From the NCBI GenBank assembly GCA_963827755.1, contig CAWHCQ010000032.1:1-12218 (forward strand): a stretch of DNA of 12,218 nt, given 5' to 3'. The notes beneath the pieces were generated by a model. That model did no database searches. It was not told the origin of the DNA and saw only the letters and a program-made list of their open reading frames with translations. Below, piece by piece: positions 1-8,119 of the stretch (position 1 is the first letter of the stretch; each line of letters opens with the position of its first letter). The position numbers were made by a program, and so were the translations under genes. Source of the DNA: an uncultured Gammaproteobacteria bacterium (GTDB lineage: Bacteria; Pseudomonadota; Gammaproteobacteria; UBA9214).

Positions 1-28
1 CTCGGTTCGATTCCGGGCTCAGCCTCCA
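1..28 (+). tRNA. tRNA-Cys, 3' part only (truncated by the window edge)
   Basis: T-loop GGTTCGATTCC, then CTCAGCC-T-CCA. A U discriminator before CCA is typical of tRNA-Cys, and the position upstream of tRNA-Leu(UAA) matches the Gly-Cys-Leu cluster of gammaproteobacteria. The anticodon is outside the window. Confidence 0.75.
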
Positions 29-86
29 TTTATCCCGTTATTTCCCAACTCGTGGTATAGCAACTACAATAGCGTGCCTTCCCCCT

Positions 87-418
87 GCCCGGGTGGCGAA
101 ACTGGTAGACGCAAGGGACTTAAATAATTGAGCACTCGGCGGGAAACCGCCGACGTGAATGGAGTCAAATTCGGGGAAACCTCAGCGCGTGATGGTGGCA
201 ATCCCGAGCTAAGCCCTGGCTCGTTCCGGATAACCACCAGGGAAAGTGTAGAGACTTGACGGCTCCTGCCTGTGTTATGAACTTGCACCATGATATGGCA
301 AAGAGAAAGTCCAGACCACAAAGCGCGTCTGGATCAGGCGTGGCAGCGAAAGCTGTAGTTGGTAAGAAAATCCCTCGGTGGCAACACCGTGCCGGTTCGA
401 TTCCGGCCCCGGGCACCA
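87..418 (+). tRNA. tRNA-Leu(UAA), intron-containing; exons 87..121 and 367..418
   Basis: Acceptor stem GCCCGGG (87-93)/CCCGGGC (408-414), then A and CCA (416-418). D-arm GGCGAAACTGGTAGACGC. Joining the exons gives AGGGA-CTTAAAA-TCCCT (anticodon TAA). Long variable arm CGGTG-GCAA-CACCG and T-arm GCCGGTTCGATTCCGGC. Confidence 0.96.
122..366 (+). ncRNA. Group I self-splicing intron (IC3, trnL-UAA type), 245 nt, no ORF
   Basis: Inserted after U34 of the anticodon, begins AAATAATTGAGC and ends in G. P1 is CTT(119-121)/GAG(130-132) with U.G at the splice site. P2 has a GAAA loop (136-153). P3 is GGAGTC(161-166)/GGCTCC(261-266) and P4 is TTCGGG(170-175)/CCCGAG(203-208). R element GTGTAGAGACTTGACGG, S element AAGAGAAAGTCCA, terminal GCAGC-GAAA-GCTGT hairpin. 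Confidence 0.95.
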
Positions 419-433
419 ATAATGTATCCAGTC

Positions 434-844
434 TTATCCGCTCATGATGCGCGGCCAGCGGTCGTGCACGGCTTCCGCCAGTTCCGGTTCGACGGTAACC
501 ACGTATATGCGGCGTTCATGCGCATCGCGTGCGATCAGGCCCTGTATCCATTGCCCGTTGGTCAGGTCGTACCAGTGGCTGTGGCCTTCAAGGTCCTTTT
601 CCATAAAACTTTTGACCGGTATTTTCACAGGTACCGGGAACCAGCGGTCCCAGCGACCGGCATAGATGCTGTCGAGCCGGGCCCAGCCACCGGCCGGCAG
701 TTTGCCGGCCTGTTCGCGCCGCCGTCCCCAGGCAAGCAGTTCAATGGCGCCGTCGCGTTTGCGGACCGGCAGCTGCGCCTTCGGATTCGGGAAATAGACC
801 CGGATATCCTGGCCGTTCGCTGAGTAATAGACGCCGCCGCACAT
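434..844 (-). CDS. Small SRAP (SOS response-associated peptidase; YedK/HMCES)-like protein, 136 aa
   Basis: N-terminal MCG, then WG(39-40), WARLDS (cf. NARxET), IPVKSFME (cf. ADGFYEW), VVT and C-terminal HDRWP (cf. HDRMP), in SRAP order. Starts 7 nt after the polymerase stop codon. Confidence 0.75.
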   Translation of the reverse strand: MCGGVYYSANGQDIRVYFPNPKAQLPVRKRDGAIELLAWGRRREQAGKLPAGGWARLDSIYAGRWDRWFPVPVKIPVKSFMEKDLEGHSHWYDLTNGQWIQGLIARDAHERRIYVVTVEPELAEAVHDRWPRIMSG

Positions 845-851
845 AAGCTTC

Positions 852-2105
852 TCAGATCGTCTGCCGGTGCCCGGTGGGTTTCCAGGCCGGGGCGATCACG
901 TTGGGCATGCTGGAGCGGTTGAGCAGGCGTGCCGGGGCGATGCAGAATTCCCCGTAACGCCGGTTAACGGCATCCATGACCATGTTCACTTCCTGCTGTG
1001 CATCATCCATGGCATCGAACAGCTCCAGCTGATTGCCGGTATCCACCGGGTCCAGTGCGGTGACCTGCACCTGGTGTATGCCCTGACCGCCCCAGCCATT
1101 GTGAATCAGGTTGCGGCACAGCTGCATGATTTCGCGGCCATCATCCGTCGGCAGGGCGCAGCGCAGCTTGCTGCCGATCCAGCCGTCGGCAGTGCGCAGA
1201 CCGATATAGAATGTCAGCGCCTCCAGGCGGTGGCGCCGCAGCCGTGTGCCGACCTTTTCGCTCATGTGCATCAGGTACGTCAGCAGTACCTCCCGGTCGC
1301 GGGTGTCGGGTGGAACCACCTTGCCGTGGCCGATGGATTTGGGTGCCGGGACATCCTGCTGCAGCCTGTCCGGGTCCTGTCCCTGGCACATGTACCAGAT
1401 GCGCCGCCCCGGGTTGCCAAAGCGCCGCGCCAGTACGCTGACAGGCAGGTGTTTGACTTCCCCGCAGGTGTGGACCCCGTGCGCGGCCAGGAAGCGGCCA
1501 ATGCCCTCTGCGATGCCGCACAGGCCGGTGACCGGGACATTGTGTAACCGCTGCGCCGCCTCCCAGGGCGGAATCACGGTCAGGCCGTTCGGCTTGTCCA
1601 GCTTGGCGGCGAACTTTGCCGTGGTCTTGTCGCCGCTGACCCCGACCGAGCAGAGCAGGCCGGATGCCGCGAATACCTTCTGACTGGCGAGCCGCGCAAT
1701 ATGCGGCGGCGTCCCCAGCAGGCGTTGACAATGGGTGACGTCGAGGAAGGCCTCGTCGACGGAAAATATCTCGATGTCCGGGCTGATGTCCCGCAGGGCT
1801 TCCATGATGGCGGCAGAGGTTTGTGCATAACGTTCCGGGTGCGCAGGACACTGGATGAGTTCCGGACAAAGCTGGCGCGCCTGCCCCAGGCGCATGCCGG
1901 TCCTGATGCCGTAGGCGCGCGCCTCGTAGGAGCAGGTGATGATGCAGGTACCCAGGTTACCGTTGGTGATCGCCACCGGGCGCCCGCGCCAGTCCGGGCG
2001 GTCGCGCTGTTCGATGGATGCAAAAAAGGCATTCATGTCCACCAGTATGATGGCGCGGGGCCAGATGGCAGGGCAGTGATCGCTTGTTGGCTCGGGACAG
2101 GACAT
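852..2105 (-). CDS. dinB: Y-family translesion DNA polymerase (DinB/Pol IV-like), 417 aa
   Basis: Motifs VDMNAFFASIE, SYEARAYGI, SVDEAFLD, AKFAAKLDKPNG and KSIGH. Beta-clamp motif QLELF at nt 1017-1031, followed by a MDAVNRRYG tail. Strict dinB orthology is not certain. Confidence 0.9.
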   Translation of the reverse strand: MSCPEPTSDHCPAIWPRAIILVDMNAFFASIEQRDRPDWRGRPVAITNGNLGTCIITCSYEARAYGIRTGMRLGQARQLCPELIQCPAHPERYAQTSAAIMEALRDISPDIEIFSVDEAFLDVTHCQRLLGTPPHIARLASQKVFAASGLLCSVGVSGDKTTAKFAAKLDKPNGLTVIPPWEAAQRLHNVPVTGLCGIAEGIGRFLAAHGVHTCGEVKHLPVSVLARRFGNPGRRIWYMCQGQDPDRLQQDVPAPKSIGHGKVVPPDTRDREVLLTYLMHMSEKVGTRLRRHRLEALTFYIGLRTADGWIGSKLRCALPTDDGREIMQLCRNLIHNGWGGQGIHQVQVTALDPVDTGNQLELFDAMDDAQQEVNMVMDAVNRRYGEFCIAPARLLNRSSMPNVIAPAWKPTGHRQTI

Positions 2106-2108
2106 ACA

Positions 2109-2124
2109 CTGTAATTATATACAG
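2109..2124. promoter_or_regulatory. LexA (SOS) box overlapping a -10 hexamer of the polymerase operon
   Basis: CTGTAATTATATACAG fits CTG-N10-CAG with an AT-only spacer, 3 nt from the polymerase ATG. The minus strand has TATAAT at 2119..2114. Confidence 0.88.
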
Positions 2125-2305
2125 TATATGGCTATGGCTGCACGCGGGATACCGGCTGATTTGTAAGCAGCTGAAAAGATTGGCATCCTTGCTGCCGGGC
2201 TGCAGCGAACGCCGGGTTCGGGGCAGGCGCTGCCGCTGCGGACCGGCTGGGCAATCGTGGGCGGATAAACAACCCGGTCGTAGCCGGGAAGGGTGAGGAG
2301 TGGGC

Positions 2306-4010
2306 ATGTCGACGGATAATCGATTGGAAAAAGAGCAGGCTACGCTGCGAATAGTGGGTATTTGTTGTGTGTTTATTTACCTGCTGTATTTGGCTGTATA
2401 AAGCGTGCTACTTCAGATAGTAATGTTAGCGCCATGATTACGTATGGGGTTTTGTACATTTCTATTGGCAATTATGTATTAAGATTATTTGCTGACTGGA
2501 TGTATTCAGAAAGTTATTAAGACGGTATTTCGGTGTATTTTTGATGCTTTTATGACTACTAGTCTATATGCACTATTGTTCAGAGCATGGTGCGCCATTA
2601 CTTCGCTGTATATCTTTGGGTGACTATAGGTAATGGTTTCAGGTATGGGGTGAAGATATTTGGCCGTATCTGCACTGTTATCAATTATAGGGTTCGTGAT
2701 GTCTTGCAAACATTAATTCCTTTTGGGTGGATTCAAGAACAATTTGTTGTCACAGGTTTTTTTGTACTTGATTGTTGTGCCTTTATATGTAGAAGCCCTG
2801 TTAAAGCGTCTAAACGACAGAAAAAGAACGCGCCGAACTCGCCAACCAGGAAAAATCCAGGTTTCTCGCCAATATCAGCCATGAAATCAGGACCCCGCTG
2901 AACGCCGTGGTGGGGTTCAGCAGCCTGCTGAACAAGATTGAGGACCGGGATAAGCAGAAACAAATCGTTGCGCGGATTCAGGATGCCTCGAACAGTCTGA
3001 CGGACCTGGTCGAGGGAGTGCTGGATTTTTCCCGTATCGAGTCCGGACATATCCGTTTGAAAAAGGAAGTCGTTGACCTGCATGAGCTGCTTGATTCTGT
3101 CGGGGGTATGTTCTCCCTGCAGGCCGGCAGAAAGGGTGTGGGTTATTCGACGGATATCGATCCCGGGTTGCCGCAATTCGTGTTCAGCGATACCCAGCGT
3201 TTGCGGCAGGTACTGGTTAATCTCATCGGCAATGCCGTCAAGTTTACCGTCGAGGGCAAAATCGACGTATCTGTGCAGGACCTCAGGTCCGACGGGAGAC
3301 GTCACCTGGTGCGCTTTGCGGTGCGCGATACCGGTCCGGGTATTCATGAAGATTTTCGTGCCAATGTATTCGGGCGTTTCAAGCAGGCGGACGACTCCGC
3401 CAGGCGGGCGCATGGCGGCACCGGCCTGGGCACCGCGATATCGAGGACCCTGGTGGAATTGATGGGTGGTGAAATCGGCCTGGAAAGCCGCCATGGGGAA
3501 GGCAGCTGTTTCTGGTTCGAGATTCCGCTGGATGTGCCTGCGGATGACGAGGTTCGCAACAGCCGTGCCGGCAAGTCAAACCATACGCAGGCACGCCTGG
3601 TGACGGCGCAGGGTGCACCGGTTCGAGTGCTGGTCGCGGAAGACAGCGAGATCAACCGCCAGGTGTTCATGAATATGTTTGAGCTGCAGGGTTTGGACGC
3701 GCGCTATGCCGGATCGGGCCCGGTAGCGCTCGACCTTCTCGAAAAGGAAAGCTTCGACCTGGTGTTCATGGATATCCAGATGCCCGGTATGTCGGGGCTC
3801 GAGGTGATTCGCCATTATAATGAAGCCACGCCAATGGCTGACAGGGCGCCTGTCGTGGTGATTACCGGGGATGCGACCGCGGATATACAGGAAGAATGTG
3901 AACAACTGGGGGTCAGGGCATTCCTGGCCAAGCCGCTCAGCCTGGACAGGCTGCGCCAGGTGATTGCTGAATGTGTGCCGGTGCGTGATCCCGACGGGCC
4001 CGGCAGCTAG
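2306..4010 (+). CDS. RpfC-like hybrid sensor histidine kinase (membrane sensor, HisKA, HATPase, receiver); 5' part frameshifted
   Basis: GAGGAG RBS (2295-2300) and ATG 2306 ([16 protein letters not shown], stop at 2399). [13 protein letters not shown] lies in frame 1 (2611-2649) and [14 protein letters not shown] in frame 2 (about 2771-2812). Frame 3 carries the H-box [19 protein letters not shown] (His codon 2880), [22 protein letters not shown] and the receiver motifs VAED/FMDIQMP/KP. The 2907..4010 ORF is only the C-terminal part. Confidence 0.8.
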
Positions 4011-4076
4011 AAGCAGGAGTCTGCAGATAATTGCTGCGGCCGCATGAATCCAGGTGTCCCTGGGGCGGCCCGGGTA

Positions 4077-4082
4077 TATAAT
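4077..4082 (+). promoter_or_regulatory. Candidate sigma70 -10 element for gltX-glnS
   Basis: Perfect TATAAT 32 nt upstream of the gltX ATG, followed by GC-rich CCCCGGC; no convincing -35. Confidence 0.45.
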
Positions 4083-4114
4083 CCCCGGCTGCTCATGAAT
4101 CGAATCATTTCCGA

Positions 4115-5530
4115 ATGACCGTCAAAACGCGTTTTGCACCAAGCCCGACCGGCTACCTGCATGTCGGTGGCGCACGCACGGCCCTGTTTGCCTGGCTGCA
4201 TGCGCGCAAGCATGGTGGCCGGTTTGTGCTGCGCATCGAGGATACCGACCTGGAACGTTCCTCGGTGGAATCGATCAATGCCATCCTCGAGGGTATGACC
4301 TGGCTCGGGCTGGAATATGACGAGGGGCCGTTTTATCAAACGCAGCGCTTTGACCGCTATAACGAGGTGATCCGGCAGCTGATGGACAAGGGCCTGGCCT
4401 ATCGCTGCAGCTGCCCGAAAGAACGCCTCGAGACATTGCGTGAAGGACAGATGCAGCGCAAGGAAAAGCCCCGCTATGACGGGCACTGCCGGGGGCTTTC
4501 TGTCGCGGAGGATGTGCCGCACGTGGTGCGTTTCCGTAACCCGCCCGATGGCAGCGTGGTGGTCGATGACCGGGTGCGCGGCAGGGTGGTCTTTCAGAAC
4601 GACGAACTGGATGACCTGATCATCAGGCGCACCGATGGCTCCCCGACCTACAACCTGACCGTCGTCGTCGATGATATGGACATGGGCATCACCGAGGTGA
4701 TTCGTGGCGACGACCATCTCAACAATACACCCCGCCAGATCAACATCCTGCAGGCCCTGGGCCGGCAGCCACCCGTTTATGCGCACGTGCCGATGATCCT
4801 CGGCGATGACGGTGCGCGCCTGTCCAAGCGGCATGGCGCCGTCAGCGTGATGGAATACCGCAACCAGGGCGTGCTGCCCGAGGCGCTGCTGAATTACCTG
4901 GTGCGGCTTGGCTGGTCGCATGGCGACCAGGAGATCTTTTCGCTGGACGAGATGGTCGAGCTGTTTGACATCGAGGATGTCAACAAGGCGGCCTCCGCAT
5001 TCAATACGGAGAAGCTGCTCTGGCTTAACCAGCACTACATCAAGCAGGACACCCCGGAACGGCTGGCCCGGCTGCTGAGCCCGATAATGGGTGAACTCGG
5101 GATTGACCCTGCCACGGGGCCGGACCTGGTCGAGGTCGTGAAAGCGCAGCAGGAACGTGCCCGGACCCTGGTCGAGATGGCCGCGATCAGTGAATTTTTC
5201 TACCGTGACTTCGACGAGTACGATGTCAAAGCCGCGAACAAGAATCTCAAGGCGGCTGCACGTGAGCCGCTCGAGCATGTGCGAAGAGCACTTGAAGCAC
5301 TCGGCGACTGGGAGCCGGAACCCCTGCACCAGGTGGTGAAAGATGTGGCCGGGGCGCTCGATCTGAATATGGGCAAGGTGGCCCAGCCGTTGCGGGTTGC
5401 CATTGCCGGCCGGGCGGCATCACCCGGTATCGACGTCACCCTGCATCTCGTGGGCCGCGAGGCCTGTTTGCGCCGTATCGACAGGGCGCTGGATTACATC
5501 GAACAACGTGGCGCGGAGAATAAAGCATGA
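4115..5530 (+). CDS. gltX: Glutamate--tRNA ligase
   Basis: [15 protein letters not shown] (HIGH), LRIEDTD, CxC...YDGHC zinc region, [14 protein letters not shown] and PLRVA; 471 aa. Confidence 0.98.
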   Translation: MTVKTRFAPSPTGYLHVGGARTALFAWLHARKHGGRFVLRIEDTDLERSSVESINAILEGMTWLGLEYDEGPFYQTQRFDRYNEVIRQLMDKGLAYRCSCPKERLETLREGQMQRKEKPRYDGHCRGLSVAEDVPHVVRFRNPPDGSVVVDDRVRGRVVFQNDELDDLIIRRTDGSPTYNLTVVVDDMDMGITEVIRGDDHLNNTPRQINILQALGRQPPVYAHVPMILGDDGARLSKRHGAVSVMEYRNQGVLPEALLNYLVRLGWSHGDQEIFSLDEMVELFDIEDVNKAASAFNTEKLLWLNQHYIKQDTPERLARLLSPIMGELGIDPATGPDLVEVVKAQQERARTLVEMAAISEFFYRDFDEYDVKAANKNLKAAAREPLEHVRRALEALGDWEPEPLHQVVKDVAGALDLNMGKVAQPLRVAIAGRAASPGIDVTLHLVGREACLRRIDRALDYIEQRGAENKA

Positions 5531-7218
5531 GTAATAGCGAGTCGGCTGCCTCGAGCAACTTTGTGCGGCACATCATCGATGCTGATATCGAGGCAAACAA
5601 AAACGGCGGCAAGGTCGCAACCCGCTTTCCGCCGGAGCCGAACGGCTACCTGCATATCGGGCACGCCAAGTCGATCTGCCTTAATTTTGGTATTGCGGAG
5701 GATTACCGGGGTACCTGTAACCTGCGTTTCGACGACACCAACCCGCACAAGGAGAATATCGAGTATATCGAGGCGATCAAGGAGGATGTCCGCTGGCTGG
5801 GTTTTGACTGGGGCGACCGGCTGTATTTCGCATCCGATTATTTTGAGCAGTTGTATGGCTTCGCGGTTGAATTAATCACTGCCGGCAAGGCCTACGTCTG
5901 TGATCTCACCGCTGAGCAGACGCGTGAATACCGCGGGACATTGACCGAGCCCGGCAAGGACAGCCCGTACCGCGCGCGCAGCGTGGAGGAAAACCTCGAC
6001 CTGTTTGCGCGCATGCGTGCCGCCGAGTTCGAGGATGGAGAACGGGTGCTGCGTGCCAGGATCGATATGGCCTCGCCGAATATGAATATGCGCGACCCGA
6101 CCCTGTACCGGATCCGTCATGGCGTGATTCACCATCAAACCGGCGAGGCCTGGTGTATCTACCCCATGTATGATTTTACCCACCCGGTATCCGACGCGCT
6201 GGAGGGGATTACGCATTCAATCTGTACCCTGGAATTTGCCGACCACCGGCCGTTGTACGACTGGGTGCTGGATAACGTCGCGGTTCCCTGTCATCCGCAG
6301 CAGATCGAGTTTTCCCGGCTTAACCTCGAATACACGGTGATGAGCAAGCGCAAGCTGACAGAACTGGTCGACAAGGGCCTGGTGGAAGGCTGGGATGACC
6401 CACGCATGCCGACGATTGCAGGCATCCGCCGGCGTGGCTTTACCCCGGAATCGTTACGCGATTTCAGCAACCGTATCGGCGTCAGCAAGTCCGAGAATAC
6501 TGTCGAGATGGGTGTGCTCGAGAATTGCATTCGTGACGACCTGAATATCCGTGCACCGCGACGCATGGCGGTACTGCATCCCCTGAAGGTCGTGATTAGC
6601 AACTACCCCGAGGGACAGGAAGAGCAACTCGTCGTTGCCAACCACCCCCAGGATGAAGCCATGGGTACGCGCACGCTGACTTTTACACGCGAACTCTATA
6701 TCGACCGGGAAGACTTCAGGACAGAGGCGCCCAAAAAATTCAAACGTCTGGTGTCCGGCGGTGAAGTCCGCCTGCGCAATGCCTACGTGATCCGCTGCGA
6801 TGAAGTCATCAGCGATGCCCATGGCGAGATCATCGAGCTACACTGCAGTTACGACCCGGCCACCCTCGGGGCAAATCCGCAAGGCCGCAAGGTCAAGGGG
6901 GTCATCCACTGGGTCTCTGCAGAGTATGGCCTGAAGGCCGAGTTGCGTCTCTACGACCGCCTGTTCAGCCACCCGTCCCCGGATTCAGCCAGGGACAGCA
7001 AGGATTACACGGAATACCTGAACCCGGAGTCCTTGATCACCCTGACAGGCTGTATTGTGGAGCCGGCCCTTGCCGATGCGGCGGCGGGTGAACGTTTCCA
7101 GTTCGAGCGCGAGGGGTATTTCTGTGTGGATGCGAAATTATCGACGCCCGCCGCGCCGGTTTTTAACCGCACCGTGACGCTGCGCGACTCCTGGGCCAAA
7201 CTGGAGCGGCAGGCATAA
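5527..7218 (+). CDS. glnS: Glutamine--tRNA ligase
   Basis: [60 protein letters not shown] and FNRTVTLRD; ATGA overlap with the gltX stop. Confidence 0.98.
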   Translation: MSNSESAASSNFVRHIIDADIEANKNGGKVATRFPPEPNGYLHIGHAKSICLNFGIAEDYRGTCNLRFDDTNPHKENIEYIEAIKEDVRWLGFDWGDRLYFASDYFEQLYGFAVELITAGKAYVCDLTAEQTREYRGTLTEPGKDSPYRARSVEENLDLFARMRAAEFEDGERVLRARIDMASPNMNMRDPTLYRIRHGVIHHQTGEAWCIYPMYDFTHPVSDALEGITHSICTLEFADHRPLYDWVLDNVAVPCHPQQIEFSRLNLEYTVMSKRKLTELVDKGLVEGWDDPRMPTIAGIRRRGFTPESLRDFSNRIGVSKSENTVEMGVLENCIRDDLNIRAPRRMAVLHPLKVVISNYPEGQEEQLVVANHPQDEAMGTRTLTFTRELYIDREDFRTEAPKKFKRLVSGGEVRLRNAYVIRCDEVISDAHGEIIELHCSYDPATLGANPQGRKVKGVIHWVSAEYGLKAELRLYDRLFSHPSPDSARDSKDYTEYLNPESLITLTGCIVEPALADAAAGERFQFEREGYFCVDAKLSTPAAPVFNRTVTLRDSWAKLERQA

Positions 7219-7276
7219 CTGCCTTCCAGTCAGGCGCTTATCCCCGCATAGAGGTTTTTTTTAACCCGCCGTGACC

Positions 7277-7311
7277 TTGACAGGACAGGGCGCCTCACGT
7301 AAATTTCGCGC
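7277..7311 (+). promoter_or_regulatory. Sigma70 stable-RNA promoter for tRNA-Ala/tRNA-Glu
   Basis: TTGACA (7277-7282), 17 nt, TAAATT (7300-7305), then a GC-rich discriminator TCGCGC, with an upstream T-tract. Confidence 0.8.
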
Positions 7312-7321
7312 TTCGTTTTAC

Positions 7322-7397
7322 GGGGCCATAGCTCAGCTGGGAGAGCACTTGCATGGCATGCAAGGGGTCGGCGGTTCGATCCCGCCTGGCTCCACCA
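7322..7397 (+). tRNA. tRNA-Ala(GGC)
   Basis: 76 nt, GGGGCCA...TGGCTCC-A-CCA with the G3.U70 identity pair; anticodon arm CTTGC-ATGGCAT-GCAAG. Confidence 0.97.
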
Positions 7398-7402
7398 AAC
7401 GT

Positions 7403-7434
7403 ACAAGGGCTGAACTGTTCAGCCCTTGTTTTTT
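7403..7434 (+). terminator. Terminator-like hairpin between the two tRNAs
   Basis: ACAAGGGCTGAA-CTG-TTCAGCCCTTGT running into a T6 tract. Confidence 0.6.
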
Positions 7435-7441
7435 GTTCCAG

Positions 7442-7518
<77 letters not shown>

Positions 7519-7524
7519 TAAAAC

Positions 7525-7549
7525 AAACCGCCCAGAGGGCGGTTTTTTT
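7525..7549 (+). terminator. Rho-independent terminator
   Basis: AAACCGCCC-AGA-GGGCGGTTT extending into T7, directly after tRNA-Glu. Confidence 0.88.
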
Positions 7550-7555
7550 ATGTCA

Positions 7556-7645
7556 GGCGTTCCCAAGGGGATGAGAACCCCGGGTTCGAGCCGAGTGCTG
7601 CGAAGCAGTACGAGACAGCGTCGTCGCATCGCGACGGCGACCCCG
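7556..7645 (+). repeat. Truncated rtT-like / tRNA-linked repeat element
   Basis: 7556-7572 is a 16/17 inverted copy of the tRNA-Glu 3' end (7501-7517). It is followed by GAGAA...GGTTCGA..CGAG...CGAGACAGCGTCGTCGCA...CGACCC, resembling the E. coli tyrT rtT repeat as I recall it, with several short hairpins. Confidence 0.6.
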
Positions 7646-7935
7646 GCTCTTCAATAGAATGGATTCACACCGAAACAGGTCAATACTCCAAAGACTGTCT
7701 TTCGTGTGACCAGGGAAGGTCAGCCATGACGGCCCGCCGTCATCGGGCATTGGACGGTAGTGTTTGGCGAGGACCAGCCGGGCAGGAACGCAGGGTAACG
7801 TTCAATATCAGCAACCAGTGCAAACAGTTGTGTGCAGGTATAAGGCAGGGATTCCGAATCGAAGTGGTGCATGTTCAGCGCCGCCCATTGCTGGATTACG
7901 ATTTGCTAATATGTCCTTTCGCCGATGACTGGCCA

Positions 7936-7953
7936 ACTTGATCTGGGTCAAGT
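7936..7953. promoter_or_regulatory. FNR/CRP-family binding site upstream of the hydrogenase operon
   Basis: AC-TTGAT-CTGG-GTCAA-GT is a 9/10 match to TTGAT-N4-ATCAA. TATATT at 7975-7980 sits at class II promoter-like spacing. Confidence 0.65.
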
Positions 7954-8119
7954 AATGATTATTTGCTTAATGAATATATTGGTACTGAATACTATACTCG
8001 TTGCAAATTAGGACGCCGTTCCAGGCGATACGGTTTGGTCAGGCGGTCACGATGAGTTGCCTTCAGTGCAGTGTATATACACTTTGCCAGTTAGTGCCAC
8101 TTCGGAGGAGAACGCTACT

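Noticed and set aside
64-447. Short ORFs over the tRNA-Leu/intron as a possible homing endonuclease
   Set aside because: They overlap tRNA exons and the ribozyme core, show no LAGLIDADG, GIY-YIG or HNH motifs, and the 245-nt intron is too small.
867-2114. Long alternative-frame and antisense ORFs over the polymerase
   Set aside because: Shadow ORFs expected at high GC; no recognisable motifs.
2506-2901. 67-aa (minus) and 104-aa (plus) ORFs as independent genes
   Set aside because: The plus ORF contains a fragment of the frameshifted kinase sensor region; the minus ORF is its antisense with no support.
419-4110. Integrative island at tRNA-Leu
   Set aside because: No integrase or transposase and no convincing direct repeat of the tRNA 3' end. 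CGGCCCGGG near 4066-4074 is too short and GC-rich to count as an att site.
4007-5329. 440-aa antisense ORF opposite gltX
   Set aside because: Mirror frame of a conserved GC-biased gene; not protein-like and no independent signals.
7726-7743. Hairpin ATGACGG-CCCG-CCGTCAT as a terminator or riboswitch part
   Set aside because: Only 7 bp with no T-tract, and no riboswitch consensus recognised nearby.
7979-8005. Sigma54 promoter (TGGTAC ... TTGC)
   Set aside because: The GG to GC spacing is far longer than the strict -24/-12 requirement.
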